Assembly: GCF_006345805.1 (NCBI RefSeq)
Contig: NC_042999.1
Location: forward strand, 150,350,001-150,414,000
Source: Octopus sinensis
Taxonomy: Eukaryota
Reading direction: 5' to 3'
DNA: 64,000 bases
Shown: one piece after another, positions 45,782 through 57,800 of the stretch
Position numbering within the stretch: position 1 is the stretch's first letter
How the letters are laid out: the number at the start of each line of letters is the position of its first letter
The notes under the pieces: generated by a model
The model's database searches: none
The model's input: the letters and a program-made list of their open reading frames with translations, nothing else
Told to the model about the DNA's origin: nothing
Position numbers and translations under genes: made by a program

Positions 45782-46119
45782 CAGTGATTCTCTAACTTTT
45801 TAAGGCTGCAGCCCCCCTTGGCACCCAGACCACATTCCTACTGTCCCCCTACTACACACACACACTACCACATACATAGACCTCTTTTGGCAGCAAATTC
45901 AAAACAACTGTATTTCACAAATAAAACTTAATCTAATTAGCCTTTGTTGCTTTTACAACCATCGCCCCCTTTTGGCCACCCCACTTTTCTTCAATGCTCC
46001 CTGAGACTTCCTCCCCCAGGGAGCAGTACCATTCCCCCTTTTGGCCACCCATTTAGCACCCTCACTTTTCTTTAGTACCCACCCCTGATTCTTTCTACTG
46101 CCCACTTTGGGTACCACTG
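45782..46119. mobile_element. hAT (Charlie-like) MITE, same family as 32804-33076
   Basis: Diverged CAGTG...CACTG TIRs; 8-bp TSD ATCTAGAT/ATCTAGAG; internal homology to the other copy. Confidence 0.85.
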
Positions 46120-46149
46120 ATCTAGAGAAAGTCTTCAATAGAGTACCCT

Positions 46150-46262
46150 GATGTGTGAAATGGTGGGCTCTGAGGAGGCAAGGGTAGATGAGTGATTTGT
46201 GAAAGCTGTACAGGCCATATACAGAGATGCTGTCAGTAAAGCGAGAGTTAATCATGAGTATA
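46150..46262 (+). mobile_element. Short RTE RT fragment
   Basis: WWALRRQGVDE*FVKAVQAIYRDAVSK. Confidence 0.65.
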
Positions 46263-48599
46263 TATACTGAGAGAGACGTGAGCCACAAGGGCAGAAATTT
46301 TTGTAGAGTGAATGAGTCGATTAAATTGACCCCCAATGCGTAGCTGGTACTTAATTTATCGACCCCGAAAGGATGAAAGGCAAAGTCGACCTTGGCGGAA
46401 TTTGAACTCAGAATGCAGCGGCGGACGAAATACCACAAAGCATTTCGCTGCCTTATCTCTTGTCAAACTGTCCAACCCATGCCAGTATAGATGTTAAAGG
46501 ATGATGATGTATATATATATGACAGGCTTCTTTCTATTTCTGTCCATCAAATCAACTCACAAGGCTCTGGTTAGCCCGAGGCTATAGTAGAAGACATTTG
46601 CCCAGTGTTTTCCTCAGTGGAACTGAACCCAGAACCATATGGTTGGAAAGCAAACTTCTAACCACACAACCATGCTCGCACCTACTTTTGGGATGTTTTT
46701 TTTTTTTTTTACTCTGTTGCAATATACAAGGAAACTTCACTGATGCTGGTGGCATGAAAAAGTACCCAGCACACTCTGTAAAGTGACTGATGAATGAAAC
46801 AAAGTCAACACAAGATTTGAGAGGAATCTTTAGTTTTGCCTAGGGCCAGACAGCCTCTCAAATTCTGGTGCCTTGATAAAATGCATCCAGTACACTCTGT
46901 AAAGTAGTTGGCATTAGAAAGGTATCCATCCAGGCACAGGCACAGCTGTGTAATAAGAATTTCGATTCCCAAACATGTTTGGGTTATTTTAATAACTTTT
47001 TCATGGTTTTCAAACAAATTAGAACAGCAAAGGTGCATATACAAAGTACAAAAACAAGCAGAAATGAAACAATTGAGAAAATATGAAAAAGAGACAAGTT
47101 TTATTACAAAAAGCTAATAATTCATGAAGAGAATAATGAACAGTGAGAATTCAAACAATAAAATATTTTCAATACTTTCAGGTAGATTTGATCTTGAATA
47201 TCTGATTGCTGTTGTTTTTTATCATCAGAGGATGTCTTCCTTCTTTAGTCATAACACTCATGATCCAGTGTAAGAGATGGGGTCATGTATGTTATGAACT
47301 CACATAGTTTAAAGTGGGGAGATGTTCTCTGATGATGAAAAACAACAGGGAGTAGCATATTGATGGTTGAAACTACCAGAATATATTGACAATGGATATG
47401 TTTTCATTACAAAAATACACAGAAATGACTAAACTTTCTGGAGACAACTTCAACTGATGTTTTCTGCATTAAAATCGATGGGAAATGTTTCACTAGAGTG
47501 CAGCCATGCTGGGGGCATCATCTTGAAAAATTTTAGCCCAACGAATTGACCCCAGGACTTATTTATTAAGCCTAGTACTTATTCTACCGCTTTCTTTTGC
47601 TGAACTGCTAATGTTGTGGGGACATAAACATGCACACATATGACAGGCTTCTTTCAGTTTCCGTCCACCAAATGCACTCAGAAGGCTTTGGTCAGCTACA
47701 TTATTGAGAATTGCCCAAGGTGCCATGCAGTGGGACTGAACCCAGAACAATGAGACTGGAAAGCAGATTTCTCACCACACAGCCACTTCTGAGCCTATAT
47801 GATTAAAAGAAAATATCTGAATCTTAATGAATATTGAAAAGTATACAAAATATTTCTTGAAGGAAATTGGTTCCTTCCTCATTCTACTAAAAAAAAAAAA
47901 ATGGTGAAACAACAGATCAACTGCATCATTTTAAATAAATAGTGATATTTCTGACCAAAATCAGTTTAAATAGGAAATGCATGTGAGATTAATTTTGTTG
48001 TTTGGTGGACAACAAAGAAGTAGAATGAGATTGATATAGACGAGCATTACCAATGATTGGTGCAAATAAATACTATAGGCATAACTGTATGGATAAGAAA
48101 CTTACTTTGCAACAAAATAGTTGGAAAATTTGGAGATTTTGCTATTTTGTTTACTGTTTATCTAAGTGTTCAGCTGGTAAAATAGGAATAGATTTAGTTA
48201 TCATTAGAAGAACTGAAGTAAGCAAAGACTTAATTTTTGTCAAAAACAAAAAAATTATATTTGTAATAAAGTTTCAATTCACTAAGCTTTATATATATAT
48301 ATATATATACACATACACACACACACATATATATATCATCATCATTTAATGTCCGCTTTCCATGCTAGCATGGGTTGGATGATTTGACTGAGGACTGGTT
48401 AACCAGATGGCTGCACCAGGCTCCAATCTGATCTGGCAGGGTTTCTACAGCTGGATGCCCTTCCTAATGCCAACCACTCTGAGAGTGTAGTGGGTGCTTT
48501 TACGTGCCACCGGTATGGGGGCCAGCCTGCCGGTACTGGCAATGGCCACACTTGAAATGGTGTTTTTTACGGGCCACCTGCACACACATATATATATAT

Positions 48600-49110
48600 C
48601 AGTGTGCAGACAGGAGTTCACCAAGGCTCAGTTCTCAGCCTCCTCCTGTTTATCTTAGTCCTCCAGGTCTTAACAGAGGAACTCAAGATCAGTTGTCCTT
48701 AGGAGCTCCTCTACATTGATGACGTAGAGAAGAATTTTCAGGTGTGGAAACAAGGCCTGGAATCTAATTAAATAGACTTAATTTAGCAAAGACCAAAGAC
48801 CTAGTAAGTAGGAAAACAGACAAATCACAAGTCCCTTCTGGGAGATGGCCCTGCTCAATATGTAAGAAGGGTGTTGGTAGAAAATCCATAAGTGCAAGAT
48901 TTGGACACATAAGAGGTGTAGCAGTATCACAGGAAAGTTAACAGAGAATACAGTTTTTGTGTATAATAAACACTAAAAATGCACAGAGAATAGGCTCCCT
49001 CAAATGCTCAGGGGGATCATTAAAAATAATAGCTTCTGTTACCTAGCAGTGGTGGTGGAAATTCTGAAAGTGTAGTTTGCTAGGATAAGAATGAACAAAG
49101 TTTGGAGAGC
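48600..49110 (+). mobile_element. RTE RT fragment including the zinc-finger insert
   Basis: GVHQGSV..., RWPCSICKKGVG...HKRCS; homologous to 44180-44740. Confidence 0.8.
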
Positions 49111-51695
49111 AATTTTCAGTCTTCCACACATACAGGATTGTCTTGTCAGGTGCCGGTGCCACTTAAAAAGCACCCATGCTGGTGGCACATAAATAGAACC
49201 TAGCAGACTCTGTTAAGTGTTTGGCGTTAGGAAGGGCAGCCAACCGTAGAAACCATGCCACAACAGAGAGTTGGAGTCTGGACAGCGGACGTTAAACGAT
49301 GAAGGTGAAATAACATAGTTACATCATTTCAAAAACAACGGGCTTCACAATCGGTTACTTAAGTAAGGGACATAACTAATACATTTTTAACTGAAATTAT
49401 TGTCCTTGCAAATGCTAAAAACCAGTACGGCACTCGAATGTTATGTTAAAGCAATTGAAGCGCTGGAACTGTATAGCCATAACAAAATTACTTAGGTGAC
49501 ATAAGTAAAGATATAATAAAGAATTTTGGAGGAAGAAATGAATTTTCATCCTGGAAAAAAAAAAATCAATGTATTTCTTTTTCTTTCTCCAAGATGGAGA
49601 AAGTAAGTAAATTGATGCAGATTTTGTTATAACCATTATTGAGCTCACTTGTCTACTCTTGATAGCATACATTTTATTAAAAAGCAACAATAACAACAAC
49701 AACAACCATGCCTTTATATAACAATAGGATATTCTTTAAAATAATTTATAACAAGCAGAAACAATATATAAATAAAAATATATCAAAGACAAAATTCTTA
49801 GATTCAACATTTTAAGACTGGACATAATGAGGATACAGATAGACTAGAAATATAGATAAAAATCGACATAACAAATGGTCTGCAGGGGCATTTCAAAAAC
49901 GAGAGGATTATCGAAATAAGATGGTCAATATGAAGACTCTCTTTTCTCTATAACTGAACTACGATTTAAGATGACAAAAAAAAAAAGTCTTTTAAGCGAT
50001 TTTCTCTTGATATGTTGAATTTAGCTTATTCATTTCTCTCAAGCTCTGCTGTGGTGACGATTCCAAAGAAGGATGAAAAAGTGCTATACATTGCTACTAA
50101 TGATTAGAACTTTCGGCAACTTTATAATGTGTAGGAGAAAAACAATAAATTAAATGTCTCCGTTCTGTACAGCTTCCTTACTTTTTCATGTAAATTCCAC
50201 AACTCACCTTAATCGACAAGTAATTGTCTCCCCTTATAATAAGTTAATCGCCAGGACCACACCACATATCGATATATATTTGCCTTAGAGAAACTAATCA
50301 GGAAATGAAAGTATTTTTCCTGTATCCAATTAAAAAAAAAAAGTAGAACAAAAATAAATATAAATTATAATGGTTTGAGCTGATATAAAAATATAAAATA
50401 AAACCAGAATTTCAGCAAAGATGCAAAAAAATGTGATTTAGTACAAATAAACAGTACAAGAAAACTGAACATTGAAAGCTTTCAGTGATGTCTGGATTGG
50501 TTTTGTTTCAAGTATTATCAAATGAATTTGGCCTCATAGAGACGATGATGCAGGATAGGGAGATATAAGAAAGCGTTGTGTATTACGTATAATACGTATA
50601 ATATAGCGAATGTAAAATCATTGATGATCACTATGAAAAGGGTGATTATGATAAACAACAATAAGCCTATGCCTTTGTAGGATATTCTTAAAACTAATTT
50701 ATAACAAGCAGAAATAAATAAATAAATAAATAAATAAATAAAAATATATCAAAGATGAAATTCTTAGATTCAACATTTTACAAATGGACATAATGAGGAT
50801 TAAGACAGAATGGAAATATAGGTAAACTCGAGGTGACAAATGAGGTCTTCTGAACCATTTCAGAAACGAGAGGATTATTAAAATAAGATTAATGAATTTC
50901 ATTTGTTTATCATCACTGATTCTTCCAAGACAACACAGTATGTTCAATTGTGAACTGTATATTATACTTATCACAATCTGATATGTGATAACACATGTCA
51001 GTGTTCAGTCAAAAGTTCTGCTTTGACCACCCCCATGTACACCCACAATGAATAGCTACCCAAAATGCACTGATGTGTTTACATGATCATGCAACATAGC
51101 TGCATATTTTTTTTATATGGACTTATGTACTCATTCCTATCAACAAATAAAGAAATAACTCATTCCTATCAACATGGGACCAGTGAGCAGAAAGAAAGAC
51201 AAAGAAACCTGATCCTAACGAGCGATGCAGATAAATACGTATTTTAATGCGTATAATTAACCTTTTTTTGTCAAAAATTAAGTTAAAAAATACGAGAGTT
51301 TCTTATACATGAATAGTATAATTTTCCCTTACAAAACCTTTTTTCCAAATTCTAAGCCCCCAAAAATTAGGCAGCTCTTTATACACATTAAAATATGGTA
51401 TATTTTCTACATGAAAAGGTAGAGATGATCAGATAAATACATAAAATGGATGCATCATTGTTGTGGGCCACAAGTGGTGTCAATAACCCTATCATTCATT
51501 CCATTTACAAAGTGTGTGGAGATGATTTATTTATCGCTACTTTTGAGCAGGAAACTGATATTTAGTGTATCTATCCACATGATAAAGGAGGATGGATGCA
51601 CTAAATATCAATTTATCAAATCAAAATGATAAATAAATGAGTCAAAATTTAAAAAGTCTTGAGATAAGTTTTCCTTTTGCCTTGTTTGTAGATTC

Positions 51696-51836
51696 CTAAT
51701 TTTGTTTACGACCAATACCAGGGTAAAAATATAAATACGCTTTTCTAAGAGTGCTTTTGAATTCAGACATTTGCTTGGCACCATTTAAACCAGTTGAAGG
51801 ATTCGAGGATGTTCTTTGAGAAACCATACTGTTCAC
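51696..51836 (-). CDS. CASP2: Caspase terminal exon (VNSMV...KQMSEFKSTLRKAYLYFYPGIGRKQN*)
   Basis: Acceptor cag; TAG at 51696-51698. Confidence 0.92.
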   Translation of the reverse strand: MNSMVSQRTSSNPSTGLNGAKQMSEFKSTLRKAYLYFYPGIGRKQN

Positions 51837-54800
51837 CTGAAAATAAAACCAAAATAAATTTATATAATCAACAGAATTATGAAGTGAACATTAAATATTT
51901 CAATACAAATCTGTGAATAAAACCTATAAGGATATTAACAGATTTCTTTGACAAAATAACTTACAAAGTCAATTGATTTGATCCATCCAGAATGTTACTG
52001 GTACCTGCTGACCATGGAAGGATGACTGCTTAAGTCACATCTCACAGAATTTCAAACCAAAATATCAGGCTGAAAATCACCACCAACACCAACATCATAT
52101 TAACATCTATATATATAAATATAAATATATATATATATGGTGGCACGTAAAAAGCACCATCCGATCGTGGCACGTAAAAAGCACCATCCAATCATGGCCA
52201 TTTGCCAGCCTCGTCTGGCACCTGTGCCGGTGGCACGTAAAAAGCACCCACTACACTCACAGAGTGGTTGGCGTTAGGAAGGGCATCCAGCTGTAGAAAC
52301 ACTGCCAGATCAGACTGGGCCTGGTGCAGCCTTCTGGCTTCCCAGACCCCAGTTGAACCGTCCAACCCATGCTAGCATGGAAAGCGGACGTTAAACAATG
52401 ATGATGATGATATATATATATATATATGATTTCAAAGAGATATTCTGGTGGTTACTGTGATTCCCCTTAAATTGGCCTTATATGCTAGCTAATCTTGTTA
52501 GACTCTGGCAATTGATAAAGTCTATTTTTCTGTATATTTTTGCTGTTTATTGTACCAGTGCATCTTCCACATACAAAAGCTATTTTCCTTGTTAATCTTT
52601 CTCTGATATTGCTGCACCTCTTATGTATCCATAGCTTACACTGGGTACATCTTATGGAGTTTTTACCGATGCCTTTGCTACAGATTGAGCAGGGCCATCT
52701 ACCTGAAAGGATTTATGATTTGTCTGCTTTCCTACTTACTAAGACTTTAGTTTCTGCTGGGTTAACACTAAGGCCCTTCGATTCTAGACCTTGCTTTCAT
52801 ACCTGAAACTTCTCTAGCTCTGGTACTGATTCAACTATAAGAACAAGGTCAACAGCATAGAGGAGCTTCCAGGAGCAATCCGTCTTAAATTCCTATTATT
52901 ACCTGGAGGACTATGATGAACAAGAGGAGGCTGAGCACTGATCCTTGGTGAACCCCTACTTGTACCCTGAATTCTTCACTGTACTCATTACCATCCCTCA
53001 CCTCACTGACAGCATCCCTGTACGTGGCTCTCACCAACCACTCATCTATCCCTAGTTTCTGCATTGACCACCAGATAAAGTCTTTGGTCCTCATGTTGCT
53101 GAACATAGGTAAACTTCTTTTCTGCTTCTCCTTTGGCTAGATATACCTGTCTCCTAGGTTTCCTTCTGGTTATCTGATACAGTTCCCTGCTACCTGCACT
53201 AAGCCTTCCAAGCCTGTTTTTCTGTTCTAATAGCCAATGTGTATCCTTAACATAGTTCATATGGGGATTCAATGGGACACAGAATGTGACAAAGTTGGCT
53301 CTTTGAAATTACATGTACAACGCATTTTTGCCAGCTGAGTGAACTGGAGCAATGGGAAAATAAAGTGTCTTGCTTAAGGACACAAGGTACCCCTGGGAAT
53401 TGAACTCACAACCTTGAGCCAAATACCCTAACCATTAAGCCTTGTACCTTCAGTATAAAATACTTGTGGTGATCATCATCATCATCCAGTGTTTTAAATC
53501 CAGATTTTGTCCCCGTTAATGAGGGTAGCTGGATCTACCTCAATGCTATAGCAACTGCCCTCACACGATCTTGCCTGGTTTTGGGCATCCTCCTTTTTCA
53601 AACCAACCCTCTCAATCTCCTCCTCCACCTGTCCCCTCCACCTTTACCTCAGTCTACCTTGCTGTCGCACTCCATTTACCTCAAATGCAATCACCCTCCT
53701 CAGAACATGCTCTTCATCCATCCTCAACACATGCCTATACCTCCTCACTCCATTCGCCCTTGCCAACCGATTCCTCCAGCCCCTTCCACCGATTCTTCCA
53801 ACCCCAGCATCCCCATCAAATCCTCAGTCTTCCTCCTATCAAACAGCTTCACCCCATACATCTTTCTCACCATTGCTCTCTCAGTCCTTCTATTGTTATT
53901 TTATTTATCACTGTAGATAAAATTTAATTACTAAAAGGTATTTACTCTAATTACAAGCAGCACTGTATATTTAACGAGCAAACAAACACACACTTACCAT
54001 ATTTAGCATGGCACAAATATCCTTCTCACAAGCATGTCTAGCAAAAATATCGACAAGAGCTTGAATGAACCAGCTACCTTCCTCATAGTTACGCCACGCT
54101 CGATATCCTGAAACATAACAGCAATGTTAACGAAATCTGTGACAAACTGTCACTGCAGTTTTACATGAAAAGACAATGATGATGACGGTGGTGGTGGCAG
54201 CATTCAACCCATGCTAGTATAGAACACAGATGTTAAATGGTGCCACTAATGGCATTTAGCATTTGTGCTTTATGCTGGCATGGGTTCAATGGTTTGACAG
54301 GATTTGATAAGCTAGAAGACTGCATTGAGCTCCAAAGTGCTTTGGCATGTCATCTATGGTTGGATGTCCAGTACAGAGTGTGCTAGGAGCTTTTTCATGG
54401 CACTGACACTAGTAAAATCACCAAGTAAATTGAAAGACAAGACCCCTCAACTGGGTGGCCGCTAGTATATATATATATATATAAATAATAATAATGAAAT
54501 TATTGTATACAGTGCTCAGGTGCACCACAACTTGTCAGAAAGTGCGTATAAAGTATATACAGTAATGTACAAATGTCTGGAAAGCAAACAATGTATGAGT
54601 CAGATACATGCTCATGTGTGTATGGAGGGGAGAAAATCAAGTGTAGTGTTGGCAAATCTCAGAAAGCATGGAAGTTTTGAAGGATGCAGTGCTCCGACAA
54701 CTAACAACTGATGCTGGCAGTTTGTTTCATGCTTCAGCAACTCTCAGCGTGAAAAAATGTTTCCTAAAGTCATGGGAGCTATGCTGTTTTCTGATTTTGT

Positions 54801-57800
54801 AAATATGTCCACGGGTGTTAGACTGGTGGAGTATATATATATACTAATTACCGCTAGTATATATATATATACACACACATACACAGATATATATATAATG
54901 ACCAGTAAAAAAGAATGGAGAGAACAAGTAATTTTACAACTTCAGTTGAAGTGTTAAAATTCCTTGTATTTGTCATATGGATATTTGTCTGGTAGAATAA
55001 ATTTTTTCCAGCCTACAACTTTGTTTCATTGCCAATATAAGGAGATGAGCTTAATATGGTAAGCACTGGCGTTACACATTCCAATGACAGACATATATAC
55101 ATACATATTATATTATATTCGTAATCATCATCATCATCATCATCATTGCTTAACGTTTGTTTTCTACACTGGCATGGGTTGGATGGTTTGACTGAGATCT
55201 GGAGAGCCAGTGGCTGCACCAGGCTCCAATTTGATCTGGCAATGTTTCTACAGCTGGATGCCCTTCCTAATGCCAACCAATCCGAGAGTGTAGTGGATGC
55301 TTTTTATGTGCCACTCAGGTGGGCTTGGCATCAATCACTTTTGGATAATGCTTTTTACATGCCACCGTCACAGGGTTTAGTCAGGGGGTATTGGCATTGG
55401 CCATGTTCAGATGGTGATTTATATGCATCACTGGCATGGGGGCCAGTCAGGGGGTACTGGCATTAGCCATGAGTATAGTGGGTGCTTTTTACGTGCCACC
55501 AGCATGAGGGCCAGTCAGAGGCAACCCTGGTGTTGATCCCATTTGGATAGTTTTCTTTATGTGCCACCGGCACAATATATATATATGAACGTGATTGATG
55601 TCAGGCCCGCCTAACTGGTCCCTGTGCTGGTGGCATGTAAAAAGCACCCACTATACTCTTGGAGTGGTTGGTGTTAGGAAGGGCATCCAGCTGTAGAAAC
55701 ACTGCCAGATCAGATTGGAGCCTGGTGCAGCCTTCTGGCTCATCAGTCCTCAGTCAAACCATCCAACCCATGCCAACATGGAAAATGGATGTGAAACAAT
55801 GATGATGATGATACATAGATAGATAGATATACACAAACACACACACACATATATATATGTCCATGTATATGTTATGTGTATATATGTGTATATGTGTGTC
55901 TTCTTGTCTTGACACTGTGTTACTATCTGTAAAGCAACATTATCACTATATAAGTAGTGATGCTTGTTTGCATTCCTCTGTGAAAAAAATGTCTAGACTC
56001 AGGGGAAAATATTACTTTGCTTGGATAAGAGTTGGTGACAGGAAGAGCATCCAAACAGAAAATTCTGCCTCAGCAAGCCACAGTTGATTCATGCAAGCAC
56101 AGAAAAGAAAGTAATGCACACACACACACACACTCACTCCTTCTCTCTCTTTCCACCACACAGGAATATGATGATAGAAAACAGGAGACAAAATAAACTA
56201 AAATAAATTTACCTTCTTGTGTTGGATAGCAAAATAATGAATCAGACATTGTTGGTTCCGTCTTTTGTAGAGGCGCATTGTCAGCAAAATCTGAAGCAGA
56301 GACTTTCAGAGTTGGTACCCTTCTCAAATCAACATTATCTAGAAACAGAATCAAACTGCCATGAAAATTTCACAATTATATGATAAGAGTAAATACATTT
56401 TTTAAGTCTGGTACCTATTCTATTTCTACAGCTGGATACTCTTCCTAACGCCAACCACTCCAAGAGTGTAGTTGGTGCTTTTTACCTGCCATCAGCACGG
56501 GGGCCAGTCAGGCAGCACTGGCATCGACCACACTCAAATGGTGCTTTTTATGTGCCACCGGCACAGGAGCCAGTCAAGTGGTTGATATCTATATATATAA
56601 AACTGTAGTTGTGTGAGTGTCTGTCTCCTACGATTTAGATTCCTAACTCCTCCCACATTTTGCGGTGCAGTTTAACCAAATTCGGGTATCTTATAGTCGT
56701 AATTCATATCGAGCCCGTCTGGCTACTAGCACGCGTCTACGATGAGTCTACGATTTTAAAAATAATTTAACATCATTTTTTATTCCATTTTAATGCATAA
56801 TTTTTCGTGTGTCAATGGCGGCGGAGTTGGCGTCCACGCTCAAACACCTGCACCTGTGTTTGCTTCTCCCTCTTCTTCCCTCCCTCGTGAAGCTGTGGGG
56901 AAGGGAGTGTAAGGAAATCAACGTCGTAATGCGTTGTCAAGGAGACCAGCGTTCTTTTAGAACAACGACTTCATGGCTTGAAGACACCAAAACAGAAATG
57001 GCTAAGAAAGCCCGAATTGGCATCTATAAAGGAAGTAACTCTCTAAAAATGCTTATATAGTTATTTCCCTTACAAACCCGAGCGACGCCGGGCTATACTG
57101 CTAGTCCTCAAATAAAATTAAGGATGGAACAAAAAAAAAGAAACGGAATTTATGAACTACAAAGTTACACACTAAAAGAATTCAATGTGAGTGTGTTAGT
57201 TTTGAATAAGTAGTATATTTATAATGAGAAGAATTATATTTGAATGTTAAATGTTAAAATAGCATCGATTAAACCTGAAAGACAGGTAAATAGTAAATGT
57301 AAATTAAAATATGTAAGCATGAAATTTAAAAAAATTTTTCTTTACCTCCACGGCAGGACTGCATTATGAAGATTTTGGGCTTCTCCCTCAAATCTGGACA
57401 TTCATCAACATCAAACAGTGAGAAAACATCATCCAAGGATACTTTTTCACCATCAGTCCCATATATGAAGCCATTAGTTCCATGACTAAATAAACAAACC
57501 ACTGTAGCATCTGCATTTTTGTGGTCGGGCAAATCCTTAAATTCTCGAACTTTAATTAAGATATTCTAGAAATAAAAATATGAAACAAATTATTTAAAAT
57601 TGTTAACATGAAATACAATTAACTTTTCTATGTTAATCATCTCATAAAGATTATGTCTACATTATAAAATTTGTATTAATTGGGACTCAAGTTTCACTTG
57701 ATGGCTTATTCAGGTTCCAGTTGAAAAAAACCTGAAGAGAAACATTTTCTTAATTAGTTTTATTATATAACTATAACATTTATTATTATTTACATTAGAA

